Shown: piece after piece, positions 39,100-52,859 of the stretch
Layout of the letters: each line of letters opens with the position of its first letter
Position numbering within the stretch: position 1 is the stretch's first letter
Assembly: GCA_030704615.1 (NCBI GenBank)
Contig: CM060731.1
Location: forward strand, 56,544,001-56,608,000
Direction: 5' to 3'
Source: Takakia lepidozioides
Taxonomy: Eukaryota; Plantae; Bryophyta
Length of the DNA: 64,000 nt
Program-made: the position numbers and the translations under genes
Notes under the pieces: generated by a model
The model's input: the letters and a program-made list of their open reading frames with translations, nothing else
What the model was told of the DNA's origin: nothing
Database searches by the model: none

Positions 39100-42000
39100 A
39101 TGAAGTCTGGGAACGTGATGCATTTTGGGAAAGGGTCAGGAGATGAATATAGAGGTAGACTGGTGAGGGTACTTTCGGAGGGTACTTGTTCACTTGAGTC
39201 GTGCGGCGTGGCAGATCGATGGAGGGATGGCACTTCTAAGATGGGAGTGAAAAGACGAGAGTTGATTAGAGGGGCGAGGTTGAAGAGTTCTGCAGAAGAC
39301 AATCGGGCCAAAATTCTCGGTAGCGGAAATGTTAGACTATCCCGCTTTATACCCGATAATCAGGTGCCACATAGCAGAAGCATAGTCTGTATCAGAAAGG
39401 ATAAAAGGAGAGTAGATAGATTTCATGTCTTACTCAGCAATCTACTTCGACATAATTCATTTCTCCTACCTTTCATCTTTCTACTACAATTGTTGCCATT
39501 GGTCACAGGAGCGATAGTTCATGCCCAGCTCGTGCACGCATTACCAGCAGCAGCCAGTCAATACAATTCAGCTCATTTGGGATCGATCGTAGCAGTAGCA
39601 TCGTCGGTTGAAGTCAAAGCAAGCGTGGATGTTGAATGGGTTTTACACGGTTCGAGCAGTTGTAGACCCATGAGACAAGTTTTTGGCGAGAGGAAGGGGA
39701 GGAAAGCACGGCGGACTCGCTTTGACTGCTCGGACTCGGACAACGATAGGCAAACACAACTCGCAGGTAGAGTCTCATTCAGTGAGTTTCATGTGAGCCT
39801 TACATACGATGATCCTCAATGATTTACGTCAACTTTTAATCTTTGGGGAAGATTGAAGATGGTTTCACAGAGAAACATCCGTGTAGTTTTGTACTAAATT
39901 TTAAAACCAGCTCGTCTCGCTAATAAGTTGAGAGATCCTCGCAACAACTTACATTCAGTAGAAACCACCTGCAGGCATGAGAAGTAGGGGAAGTATAATC
40001 AAGTTGGGGGCAACGAAAAAGTCCAGCAGGAGCCGACAGCAAAGGTGTGCAAATTTCAGAAATCATTCAAGTCAACCCATTCACAGTGGAGCTAGGATTC
40101 TTTCATCCCCATCCGATGAGAACGCACCCGTATGGACACTGGAGAAAACGTCCTCTGTGGTCAGTCCTGAATCGGAGACAAGGTCTAACGAGGAACCACG
40201 AAGATCCTATGAAAAATTTAGCAAGCAAATACCGACATGGATGCCCTCAAGTCAGATTGGGGAAGCGGACAAGGATTGGAAATCAAGTGCACCTAAGGAT
40301 TCTGTAGCTGTGTGGCAGCCGTATAGTCTCACGGCAATGTGTAGACTGACTTGGGTCAGGTGCTCCAAAGGGGTTGTGACCTCCATTGACGCGTCTAACA
40401 GGGGCTTTCAAGGGCCAATACCTTCCTGTTTTTCTCTCTTAACAGGGCTCCAAACACTCAACTTGTCACACAATAGCTTCTCTGGGACCATTCCTCCGAT
40501 GCTCGGGTTGCTTCTAAACTTAACCATCCTGGACTTAAGTTACAACAAGCTGTCAGGTCCGATCCCGGAAACTATGGGGTCTCTGGGAAAGCTGTCTATT
40601 CTTGACGCAAGTCACAATCAGCTGCAGGGTCCAATCCCTGGAACTCTTTCTCAAATGAAGGCTTTGACTGCAATCAACCTTTCCAGCAATAGATTGTCAG
40701 GTCCGATTCCTCCAAATCTGTGCAATTTGTCGAACCTTTCAAGTCTTTCGCTCTCTTTCAACAACTTGCGGGGGTCCATTCCATCTGACTTGGGCAGCTT
40801 CGAAAAGCTGGAGGTCCTCTCTCTGGGAGGAAATGAGTTTACTGGCCCCATTCCATCTGAGTTGGGTGATCTTCCATTGCTAAAAGTCTTGGACTTGAGA
40901 CGTAACAGACTTACAGGGTTGATCCCCTTCCGGTTTGGCTCTCCAAAGTTGCTGAAAGTGCTGGACCTCCATGGAAATTACTTGAACGGGAGCATCCCTG
41001 ATTCTCTGGGATCTCTCTCCTCTCTTGAGGAGCTCATTCTCTCCAACAACAGACTGGAGGGCAGTTTACCAAGTGCATTGGGAAGGCTCAACTCGCTAAA
41101 GCTGTTGGACGTGTCACGCAACCAGCTAGTTGGGAGGCTCCCCAGCCAACTGTCTCTTCTTTCCCAGGTACATATCGAGCGTGGATGCTTGATTAAGGAG
41201 GAAGGTTACTTAGATATCTTGACAAAAGAAATTATGGAGAGGGGAGCGTGGAAAAGGATGCAGAGGACATGTACTCAAAATTTATCTGATATGGTCCAAC
41301 GGCTGTAGCTGTAGCTGTAGCCATGTGGCCATGTCGCGATAGATGGGACTGCTGCAACAGACAATGTGGAGCCGTCACAACCCCCTAGCAAAAGGGGGCC
41401 TGTAGCTTGATCATAACTTCGTAACTTTGTTCATAACTTTGAGGGAATATAGAGACTGGTCAAAATACTATGCATTTTTGCGAACTGAAAGTCATCTCTT
41501 TGTGTATGTGCAATTGCTTACAGCTGAAGTTCCTGTATGTGAACCGGACATCCGTTTCAGGGTCCATCCCTGCTTTCTTCGGTAACCTCTTGTCTCTACA
41601 GTTTCTGTCTTTGTCGTCCAACAACCTAGACGGCTCTATTCCCAGTTCTCTCGGGCTACTTTGGTCGATGGAATATCTAGACTTGGAAGGGAACAATTTC
41701 ACGGGTCCCATTCCATCTGCGCTTTCCAATTGCATACATCTCGAGTACCTTTTGCTCTCCGCGAACTCTCTCTCAGGTAATAGGTCTCTCTTTATCCTCC
41801 CTTCTTTTGTATATGATATTCAACAATCCTGGGTTGCACATTTGTCTACTCTTTTCTGATCAACTTGCATGCTGATATTAAATCATTAAATTGGAAACTT
41901 GTCCTGAAATTTTGAGTAGGAGCCTCAGGAAAGGAGGCAGATGAGGCAGGTCCCGAGGAGAGAGGAGCAAGTAGAGGTCATCTAAACACAAAGTTCAGAC

Positions 42001-45000
42001 AGGGTAATGAGTGGATCTAGACAGAGACATTCCCTGTATTCCAGTCATTGATTTTACCCTGGTTGTTTCTCAGGTGGAATACCGCAGTCCCTTGCGAATC
42101 TCCCACATCTCAAAGTAGTGGCCATGGGGAAAAACCTTCTGGGTGGAGAGTTGCCAAAGTGGGGTATGAACACCCCATTTCTTGAGGAAATTGTCCTGCC
42201 TCTGAATACTTTGAGTGGAAATATCCCACATGAATGGGGCCAACTTTCCTTTCTTCAGGTTGTCTCGCTCTCAGTCAACAACTTAACTGGAAGCATACCA
42301 AAGTCGCTTCAGCAGTGCAAAGGGCTGCAGCAAATGTGGCTTGATCACAATGCGTTGACAGGGCAGCTTGACGATTGGTTGGGCCAGTTACCTAATTTGG
42401 CCGTCCTGTCTGTCATTAACAACAGATTTTCTGGGGGAATTCCTGCTAGTTTAGCAAATTGTTCTCTCCTAGAGACCTTGTACTTGGGCTCAAACTTCCT
42501 GTCTGGTGAAATCCCCGCCCAACTTGGGCAGCTTCCCAACTTGGTGGTTCTGTCTCTGTCATTCAACAACCTCTCAGGAAGCATTCCTCCCCAATTGGGA
42601 AATCTTACAAGCCTTCGAGGGTTAGATGTAACACGAAACATGCTCATTGGCAGTCTCCCACGTGAGCTTGTAGGATTGACTTCTCTTCAGTTTCTATTAT
42701 TGGGCCTGAACAACCTAACAGGGACAATTCCGACCTGGTTATCCCAGTTGAGCAAGCTCCAGGCCTTGGATCTCTCATCCAACAACTTCTTTGGTGATAT
42801 TCCAACTGGGCTTACGAATTTGAGCTACTTTCGAACTCGGGTTCATTCTCTGCCTACTCAGCCTATGACCAGACTTGAAAGAAACAATCCGGGTTTGGAT
42901 CTCATGTATACAGAGGCCATCATAGGCCAAACGTTTTTGTTGCTAGGAAGTAACCGTCTCTCAGGTAGACTACCTGATGATTTTGGCGATTTGAAGAACC
43001 TGTGGGTTCTCGATGTCCATGACAACCAGCTATCTGGGAAGATTCCAGCCAACCTGGGGGGTGCTGATGCCCTCTGTTATCTGGACCTTTCAGACAATCT
43101 ATTCAGTGGCGACATCCCAGGAGATCTTGAAAATTTATCTTTTTTGAGTTTCTTCAATGTCTCCGACAACCGGCTGACCGGGAGAATTCCAGATCATGGG
43201 CAGTTTGATACATTTGGTGCTAACTCTTACAGGGGAAACTGGGGTCTGTGCGGGTTGCCCCTTGGTACAACATGTGGTGTCCTTCCCACCATCCCATCTT
43301 CACAAGCCGCAAACCTATCTTCAACTCATGGTGCTGGAGGGACGTCTGGGTACTTTTCTCTCCCCCTTCTCTCCATCCACAATTCTGATCAGTGTCATAT
43401 CCTAGACAGTGAAAACTGGCTGGGAATCTTAGTATGCTGCAAGCAATAAGTACTTCAGGCCTGATGACACACTCTCTCTCTCTCTCTCTATGTCTCTCTT
43501 TCTCGATTGCTCCGCCCAACAGGGTGCATGGTCTATGCCCACAAGGCTATGGCAAACAACATCTTATGAGTACGTTCTCTCTGTCTCTACATGGTCTCAT
43601 GGGTCTTGTGGTCCTCTGTGAATGTCATAAAGTTTCTTTCTCTTTCTTTCTCTCTCTTCCACTTTCTCCCATAAGCTCTTCAAATTGTAGACCTTATAGA
43701 AGTTCGAATTCTGTTTAACCTCTTTGTCCTCTATATCCCTTCCTCTGTGTGTCTCATGGGCACCTTCAGGCCTCACATGGAGGTGATGTATGCTTTCTTC
43801 TCTACTACATGTTCAAACTGTTAAAACTCCCATTCACAAGCTTCAACCTGTCTCAGATTTTGTCCTAGCTAGGGGTGGGGGGAGGGCTGTCGTTGAAGTG
43901 TGCTTTTTGTCCCTTATGTAAGTCACTCGTAGCTCTAGTTGGTCTGTAGGCTGAGTTCTCCTTTGTCATGCTGAGCAAGGCCTCAGGCTTTAGGTGGAGT
44001 AGATGACTGCTTCAAGGGGGCTTTATTTGCATGGTGGAGTCATGATACAAAGGAATCCCATCCTACCCATGCAACTAAGGATGAACCTGCTCCTGTCATT
44101 TGTCCTGATTGCCTGATTTCGTCTTGTTCTTGTAGGTTGCATCACATTAAGCTCAAAACAGGCGCCTTAGTGGGTATTGCAATGGCCTCCACAATAGTGG
44201 GATGGGGTATGCTGGGGCTGTTGTTGTGGTGGAGGATAGCACATCGGTGCAGCACCTTGAATACAGTTCTTGCTGTTCACAATACCGGCGTGGAACACAG
44301 GCCAAACCCAAAGGAGGCTCTGAGTATCAATGTGGCAACGTTCCAAAACTTTCTGCCAAAGCTAACGCTGGCAGACCTCATGAAAGCCACCAACAACTTT
44401 GCCATTGAGAATGTGCTTGGAGATGGGGGTTTTGGCACTGTCTACAAGGCTAACCTCCCTGTAAGTTTTTGCACAGTTCAATCCAGGGTTTGATTCACAT
44501 TCCCAGACAACCTATTCATAACTTTAGTGAGTTCTTGTTTTGGAGGTGTCTTGACCATGTGCCAAAAACACAAAGGATATATCGGCCCACCCTGGGACTA
44601 TATCAGGGGGCAAGTGCCATAGCTGTCCCATTTATGCCCCAATCTGTGAGACACTGGTCTCCAACTTATTAGATAGACCGTCCAGCAAGACTTGACTTCC
44701 ATATACTATTGGTGATCTCTTTCTTCTGTTTAATTGTAGATTGGGTTAGCAAGTCTGCTCCTTGGGTTGGAAAGGTCATGAATCTGACTTGCATTTCTTT
44801 GCTTGTGGTGTTACCAGGATAAGACTCTGGTGGCAGTGAAGCGACTTATGGGCAATAAGATGAAAGGAGAGAGAGAGTTCCTGGCTGAAATGGAAACACT
44901 GGGAAAAATTAAACATTCAAACCTAGTGCCCTTGATTGGTTATTGCACTTTTCGATCTGACCGAATGTTGGTCTATCAGTACATGCCCAACGGCAACCTT

Positions 45001-46214
45001 GACTTATGGCTTCACACCAGTGCCAGAGTGTCAGCAGGACGGAAGGCCCTGGATTGGCCAACAAGGTTGAAGATAGCCCAGGTAAACCAAAGCTTCATTG
45101 CATAAGAGAGGAAGCTGAGATAGAGAGGTGACCTCTGTGAGCTAGTGTTCTGCCAAAGATGGTGGCCTGCAGCCGTAAGAGTTGTTGTGGTACACTTTCC
45201 ATGTCTCACAACCCACAAACTTCCTGTTGTGGTTTTGTGCAGGGAGCTGCCAGGGGCCTTGCATTTTTACATCATATATGCATCCCTCATATCGTACATC
45301 GGGATATCAAGGCCTCAAACGTCTTATTGGATGCCGATTTCAATGCCTTGATTTCAGATTTTGGACTCGCTCGGCTGATATCCGCATATGAGACACATCT
45401 GAGTACAGATTTGGCAGGTACAGTTGGGTACATTCCTCCTGAGTATGGGCAAAGCCCCTTCGCATCAACAAAGGGAGATGTATACAGTTTTGGGATGGTG
45501 CTTTTGGAGATATTAACAGGAAAGCGTCCCACTGACAGATTTGTTAAAGAAAGAGATGATTGCGATTTTGATTTCATTGGCTGGGTGAGACATCTAGTGC
45601 TCCAAAGCCGAATCAACGAGGTCTTTGACCCTGAGTTGGTTCTGGAGTTAGACCCCGAATATCAAAGCATGGGGGGTAGGATTGCAGAGTCAGACTCGGA
45701 CATAAACCCTGAATTCAGCTCTAGTTCAAGTGAGGAATCAAGCCCTGATTCGAGCCCTGACTCTAGACCTGGGACGAGCCCAGTTTCTAGCGCTCAACTA
45801 ACCCCCAAGTTAAATCCAATGTCAAAAGTTTCCAATACTTTGTATCATGAAGTGTCAGAGTTGAATGTTAAGAGCGCCTGTCAGATAAGTAGCTCAACAT
45901 TGCTCAAGCCTGGATTGAACCTAGTGCAAGGGTTAAGCCCTCGTCCGAGTACTAGTACAGTCTCAAATCGACCAAGTGCTAGTTCTGTCTCGAATCCTCG
46001 TTATAGCAGTGTCATGTATAGCCCTAGATCAGATCCAGAGTTGAGTCCAGATGTGGATTCTACGTTTAGGGAAAGTGGGAATAAGTTGGAATTGGTTCAA
46101 GCTCTAGGCCTAGCAGTTTGGTGTACAGAAGAGATGGCGTCAAAACGCCCTACAATGCTCCAGATTTCTAGATTGCTGGACAAAATGGGTGAGAATAGAA
46201 ACCCAGTGACATGA
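39100..46214 (+). CDS. LRR receptor-like kinase, LRR-X (EMS1/BRI1/PSKR clade), kinase closest to EMS1; 7 exons
   Basis: Phase-consistent exons 39100-39766, 39975-41167, 41524-41776, 42074-43349, 44136-44460, 44818-45081, 45243-46214; roughly 25-30 LRRs with island, GNWGLCG cap, [82 protein letters not shown]. Start codon (39100 vs 39241) uncertain. Confidence 0.9.
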
Positions 46215-48552
46215 TGAATTCTTTGATTCTTTCTCTCATAAGCTCTTTCGTGGTTGTGATGAACCTTGGCTAGAACTTCGCTTTCTTTATCTGTCACATG
46301 AAGTTGCATGTTGCTTAGTGTAGGTGTGCAGATTCCCCGGTGTAAAACAAAACTTGAAGATCGGCCATGTGTAGAGAGAATGATTTCATTGTACATATAT
46401 CCTTGGCCTGGATTGAATTCCTCTTACACCCCTGGTTGAGCAGGGCCACTCAATTAGTTCAATCCTTCATCTTGCATCGAGTCACTCCAGTATCAACTCT
46501 CCCCTGACTGTAGAGCATGAAATATCTTTCCCCTCTGCATTTAAGCGGGCATCCCAGTGGTTGTGTTGCGATTGCAAAGACAAACACGAGCGTGTCACGG
46601 AGAAAAGGTGCTAGGTTAGTCAGCCGTTGAATTTCTGTGAAGAATTCAGAAATTCACCACAACGTCTTGGACGAATGCTCAAGACCACCTTATCCATCGG
46701 GATGGAAATTGAGATCCAAGTTCGACATGAAGAAAGCCATGTTCCCCATGAAGATGAAGATCTAACTTACACAACTCTGCAGACAGATTTACTTAAACTG
46801 ATTTCTTTGGAGCGACAGCTCACAAATCAGGCCCCTTAATTATAGTGAGAGGAGAAAATAACCCCTTTCACAGTAACCTCGCTGTGATGGAACACCGCCC
46901 AAGGGAATGGCACTCGATTTCAAGGCCAGGCAATTGATGCTGAGATTGCCAATGGGTGATCTACAAAGGGAGGCGAAATCTTATTCCACTAAGTTACTTC
47001 GGACAGAATCCAAACAACACTGCTTCGGACAGAATCTGATTGTCCATTTCCCACTTCTCCTGCATTCGCCATGACCATCTAAAGGCACGGGGACAATGGC
47101 TTAAGTTCGTCAGTATTTTGCTCCAGCAAGCATGTTTCACACACGGTCAGCTTTAGAGTACAAGTTTAGGACCGGAAATGTACTGTACCTTTAGAAACTT
47201 TATACATGCAACTCATTAAGTGGATGAATTAATGAAGCATGATGATGGCTGTGACTTGCAATGCAACGTGCTCCATCCTAGTATACTCTGTATTACCATG
47301 TCACCTTGTCTGTAGGTAAGAGAGCATGTGTAAGTCTGTGGCTCTTGTAAGAGATTGCTTTCCAACTTGGAAGGGCATAGAAGTCTTCCTCTATTTTCTG
47401 TCCTGACCTATCTGCATTAGAACATTGCAAGCTCACTATTGAAACCACAATAGTCACGAGTCACACAATTCTAAGATGCAAATGGTGGGCAACAGTTCTA
47501 TCAGGTGGTTTGATCTAATGTGTGTGGGTCGCATTCACATTCGCTCAACACGTCAAACCAGTTCTCCTTAGTATATACATCTGTTCCCGAAAAGATTGCC
47601 TACAGCTTTCAAACTAGAGGGTAGATATCCACTTCTTGATTCAGTCCTGGGACAGCATGTACAAACAATAAAGGAAAACCAGATTGAAAACCCTGACATT
47701 TGTAAAATCTAGTCTATGCTATCAAATAGCCGAAGATTTGTGCACGTATCCAGGAAAGGGCTAGGCACCAACAAATTTTCAACCCAAAGGGAACAAGATC
47801 CATAGAGATCACCTCCACCTTCTCTTTCTTCCCCGCTGAAACCTAGACCAAATCCATAGGAGTTATGCTCAATACCAAATAATTTCACAAAGACAAGTCT
47901 GACTAATCGAGTTCAACTCTAAGCACATTGATCTTGCATTCTGAACCAATACAGAAATGACTGTGTACACGATACCAATCCACAGACATGCAGCAGGGCT
48001 AGATGCTTACGCTGGTAACTTCAACGTTGAGCAGGCCTCCTGCCCCTTGGCACAGACACAGAAACAAGCAACGAATCGTTGTATCCTACCCAGGAGGGAT
48101 GTGGGATCAGGCCATTTATGGTCCTGGAACCTCCTAGGAACCTGAGATCAAATGATCTTTTGCACTAGTGCGTGGAGTCTCCCCTCTAGGGTAGAGACAG
48201 CAATTGATTCACCTGCTGCATTCATGCAACACCCAAAAGCCCATCAAATACACACATTCAAAAAGCTGCATTCACAAAGCTCTGTATATGACAACGCCTT
48301 GAAAGATCACCTAAGTCAATTCTCACTTTAATGGCTGCAATGAGCATCCAAATTATCCCATACATTGAAGCAGGAGCCTTGGTGGTTTACCTGAAGTCCT
48401 CCTAGTTAGACAGTCGTCAATTCCTGTTAAACATCAATTCACATCAGGTAATGTTACCACACATCCTAGTCAAATGACACCAAAGCCCCTCATTGCCGGT
48501 ATACCTTATAGAGAACTCTTTTCACAAAAGAAATAGCAAACTACTCTTCTTA

Positions 48553-48829
48553 GGGGGTTGCCCCACCTGCAGTTAGGCACATTTAAGCTAACTAATAGGT
48601 TTAGGTGCCCCACTTACAGTTAGAATGACTTGGACTCTCAATAGTTAATGCACCTCACTAACTGAAAACATGAAACTTATGTCTGAAATAGGACCTTGTA
48701 CTTAACTGGTGGCTGACTTCCAGAAGGAAGTGAAGCGACTTCTACTTGGCTCTCTACTGCCACAGTAAACGTGCAATAACTGATGTGCTAGTGATATTGG
48801 GTGTCTTAATTGTAGGTGGGGCACCCCCT
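48553..48829. mobile_element. Tourist/Harbinger-type MITE in the last coding intron of RRF
   Basis: ~28-bp imperfect TIRs GGGGGTTGCCCCACCTGCAGTTAGGCAC / GTGTCTTAATTGTAGGTGGGGCACCCCCT; TTA on both flanks. Confidence 0.75.
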
Positions 48830-50171
48830 TTAAGAATCACATGGGCTGAAAGTATTATATAGAATCCCTTAAAAAACTAGGACCATTGAACATCAACGTT
48901 TCTGATTCTCCTCCCATGTAAGGTTAGTAATGCAAGCTGCCAGAATAGCTGAAGCAGGTCATAGACAACAGTTTTCAGTAAATAACAAACCACACACCTT
49001 CTCCTTTTGTTTGAAGAGGGTCTCAATTTTCTTGACATATTCGTCAGTGAGTTTCTGGAACCATCCAGGAACCTAGAAGTCAGCAATGCGTTCTCATCTC
49101 CAAATGTGCAGACTACCCTGGCCATCAGCAAGTAAATAGTTGTCCCATTGCATTTCAATGTGAACTATTGAAGAACAAAAGTGCATCTCCACCTTATGTT
49201 CAAGGAAAGCATGTGAGAAGTAAAGAAAAGGGATCCAATAAGTACAGATCCAAAAGCAAGATTAAAATCCATTCAGTCAAGTGGTGTCAGATTCTTGGCC
49301 TGGAATCAGTGTCCTCCGAATCTCATCACAAATGTTGATCTGGCAAAGGCCACAGAAACACTACAATAATTCAGTGCAAATCAACTGTCCTAGATTCTAG
49401 AGTCTAGTAACATTACCTGAATTTCAACAGAAAGATCCTTTACATTGTCCACGGAGAGCTTCTTCTCCTATCACCTACAAGGCACAAAGCAACAAAACTA
49501 TCTGTCATATAAGAGTTCCCATGATAAGTGAACGAATGCCCACTACAAAGGATGCTGACCGGGTTTCCAAAACTTGGTCCAACCACCAGCTACCGCTAGG
49601 ATGCATTGATGCTTGAACAGCGGAGACTTAAAATGGATTTTCATTTAACTGCTCCCATGTAGGATAAAGTAAATAGCCATGGGTTCCATACCTCATACAA
49701 TGCTGCACATGCAGCTAGTTTGTTTGACATTGGCCAAGTTTATAGCTAAAATTTTCCTGAACTCGTCATTACATATTTGTGACTCTTGTTTCAAACGCAA
49801 AAGCCAAGTGCAGTTACCTTTTCAAGTTTTTCATACGACTTGATGGCATCTCTTCTCATATTCCGGAGCGCCACCTGCCCTCCCACTATCCATATATCAG
49901 AATTCAAGGATGGGAGACATCTAAACATGAGCTTTGATTTGACGCATGGAAAATACTTCGTAGGTGTAGCATGTCCACTGGTAAAATAGACAACAGGGAG
50001 AATTAAGGAGATTCATCTTGTAATGCACTGTTTCCAGTTGCAGAATATTTTGGTGGACACTCCCCTCCACCCACATAGGCATGGATGACCTTCTTGTCTT
50101 TTCCTAGGTGGCCCTTGTCACATGTGCTTACTTATTGTCTTCTTGATATCTGCATGGTGGATGTTTCATAG

Positions 50172-50213
50172 GAGCTTCTGAAGCTGGTCTCGAGACTTAC
50201 TGAAGATGGCAAG
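50172..50213 (+). other. RRF: RRF coding exon (ELLKLVSRLTEDGK) in inverted orientation
   Basis: TTTCATAG|GAGCTT...GGCAAG|GTACTT on the plus strand; fills exactly the 14-aa gap between EDRRK and VALRN. Confidence 0.85.
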
Positions 50214-52859
50214 GTACTTGCTGACTCATCTCCCCTCCCTTACTAGTGTGATCCTCTGATATATGGTTGAATGCTTGGATACATAGGCACAGGTTACTGC
50301 GGTGGTAACTGCGGAGGGGGAGATGTGTAGCTTTGGACCATAGTCTTTAATAGTGCAAGAGCACCCCTGCATACCTACAGAGCCACTACTGCATGGGGCA
50401 GTGCCCTAACCATATTTATCCACCAGGGTGGTTGTCATACCCAGTTATGGTCACATATTAGGGTTCCCATAGGTCTTGTCGCTCAACGTACACAGTTGAA
50501 ACATGACCCAGTGAACCCCTGGCTGGGTTGACTTAATAACCTCCAACCATGTGGAATTTGAACACATGACCAACTAGGAAGGATGGAGGCCCTAGCCACT
50601 GCACTTTCTACTAGAAGCTGTGGATTCACACCAAAAAAGCAGTCATGAGACAGTTTGCCATTTGGATGAGGAAATCCTTTTATAAAAAGTTTCTGAAAGG
50701 ATCCAATCAACACAGGGTGCTCGTCATGGAAACTCTCAAGAGTTCTCCTAGGAGTTGGTCTAGGTATGCAATGGCTCAACAAGGAAAATGTATGTCAGGT
50801 ATTATGCACTCCCCCCAACTTGTCAGCATTGCATGATCATCGCATCTATTCAGCCTCCCTAGTGACCACGAGCTCTTGCCCTAAGAGATGCGTGAAGAAG
50901 TTGTAAAGGACACTTCTTCACATGGACCACCATTTGAGAGACAAGCTCAGACAACATACCTTTCTTCTATCTTCAGTGAGCTGTGGAATGTTCAACCGTA
51001 TGACACGTCCATCACTGCTTGGTGTGAGGCCCAAATCTGACTTTATGAGAGCTTTCTCAATCGCAACCAAACTGCACTACAAAGGCCCCCCTCACTGAAT
51101 TGAAGATGGATATAGCCTCCCAACAACTTTTTTTATTAGAACACTGATTGAGATGACAATGCATGCCCTTTTTATCCAGCATTTGATGACAAGCCCAAGA
51201 TTTTCCCAAACTTGACGTTGAAGGCATTACAAACGTGAGCACACAGAGACTCGCCTTGATTTATCAAAAGGCTGGACAAGGATAGTGCTGCCATCTGGTG
51301 TGCTGACTTGAGAAATGCTCTTCAGAATGACAGGAGTCCCATAATACTCCACCTTTATTCACAGCAACCCCGTCAGGTCAGTTACGATCTTCCTAAAGAT
51401 CATTTCCCCTGGTCATTTGCGAGGCCAAACAACACGAGCTTGGTTGATGTTTCATCCTCCAGTTACAAAGTTGGTGGCCCAATGACTCTGCACCAAGTTA
51501 CCTCGACACGGTCTAACAGAGATGGGCTGGCTCTGCCAGTGCGAACAGTGTTAAAATTGGCCTTTGTCTTCTCCATCCTCTCCATCTGCCCACTCAACCA
51601 CAATGATAGCCCTTTTTATAAATAATACATGGCAGCCATTGACACCAAACCTCCCTGTTAGGTTAAGTGCACAAAAATGCACTTTGTATATTTTGCTGTG
51701 ATTTGCCAGCAAGAAAGGCATGGCTTGAGCACAAAAATCTGTAGCTGAGAGTGGGTCCTTGTTGCATAATTTTTCAGGTTGAAGGCTTGAGTATGCATTG
51801 TTAGCTTGCAACCTTTTAGGACTCCCACAAGCTTACAGTGACTGCCGAATGATATCTTGGCTTGCACCCTTACGATCATCCTAGGAGGAATAGAGAGGTG
51901 GGGCCAAGCGGGTGAGAGGCATGTAACATCTGTGGTCCACAGAAAGGCCCCCAGCAACTAGCTTCAATAGCTTCAAATAAAGAATAGTTAAGAGACCCAC
52001 CGCATCTTCTTCGATGATCTCCTTCTCTGCCTCCACATCTTCTGCAGTTGCGAACCGGATACTTAGGGACCTTATAATCCATGCAACCTCACATATCAAA
52101 ATAATACCTTGAAATTGAGAATAACACTGCGAACATACTATAGGAACTTGGGCGTGTTAAGGATAGTAGTCATATCCTAGTTGGGTTTCTATTTCTCTTG
52201 CTGCTAAATGGCCTCAAATAGTTGAAAGAACCTAGAATAACATTCTTTCGAAAGAACACCACCACAGCACTGATTTGGAGGCTCCCAACTCATAATCATA
52301 TCTTAAACCATTTCATCAGAAGAGAGGGGTGCTGGAGGCAAAGAACAGTGAACTATTTATGCCTGGGATTTACTTGTTCAAAAGACATTCTAGGAAATCT
52401 ATTTCTAAGCAATTCCTACATCCCCTCTGTCTCTCAAATTGTGCTGGTTGTTTTCCTACATTCCGCCTGTGTACATGTGAATCCTCCCTAATGCTTCCCA
52501 CTACTCCAACAGTTAGGAATCGCATGGGTTTTGTAAGCATGAGCTGATAAGAACATTTTTGTCTTTCTCTATGTACATGAAATGAGCTCAAAGTCAAGGA
52601 AGAACAAAGCGCAAAACCAATCCACGTCCAAACACTCTAATTTGCTGATTTGGACTTCTGATAGTGAAGGATCGGACCAGTTGCCCATGGGATGGTCAGA
52701 ATATTCTGGTATTCAGCACCACTACAGAGAATTCCCAAGATAGAGACGAGCAAAAACGATTGTAGACGCCACATTACGGAAACACACTGTACTAGATGCC
52801 GCAGAACGAATGGTCTGCTTAATTGTTGAAAATCCAGGGAAGGCAAAAAGGAGTGGTAC

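Larger units (their letters stand above)
48406..52070 (-). pseudogene. RRF: Chloroplast ribosome recycling factor, probably non-functional copy (no own first exon found, 12-bp deletion, one inverted exon)
   Basis: Exons 52070-52001, 51585-51502 (ANFNTVRTGRASPSLLDRVE), 51352-51255 (VEYYGTPV..QPFDKS), 51071-50960 (IEKAL..DLGLTP..LTEDRRK), 49874-49818 (VALRNMRRDA), 49467-49417, 49054-48998, 48423-48406 (ELTTV*). Confidence 0.88.

Noticed and set aside
45676-46069. GT-AG intron explaining the kinase insert
   Set aside because: The most obvious donor (phase 1) and acceptor (needs phase 2) are incompatible, and the segment is stop-free; not excluded for other site pairs.
52600-52850. RRF transit-peptide exon
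   Set aside because: The Ser/Ala-rich frame ends in stops without a compatible donor; the region directly follows the SEC11 exon-1 donor and is more likely intron.
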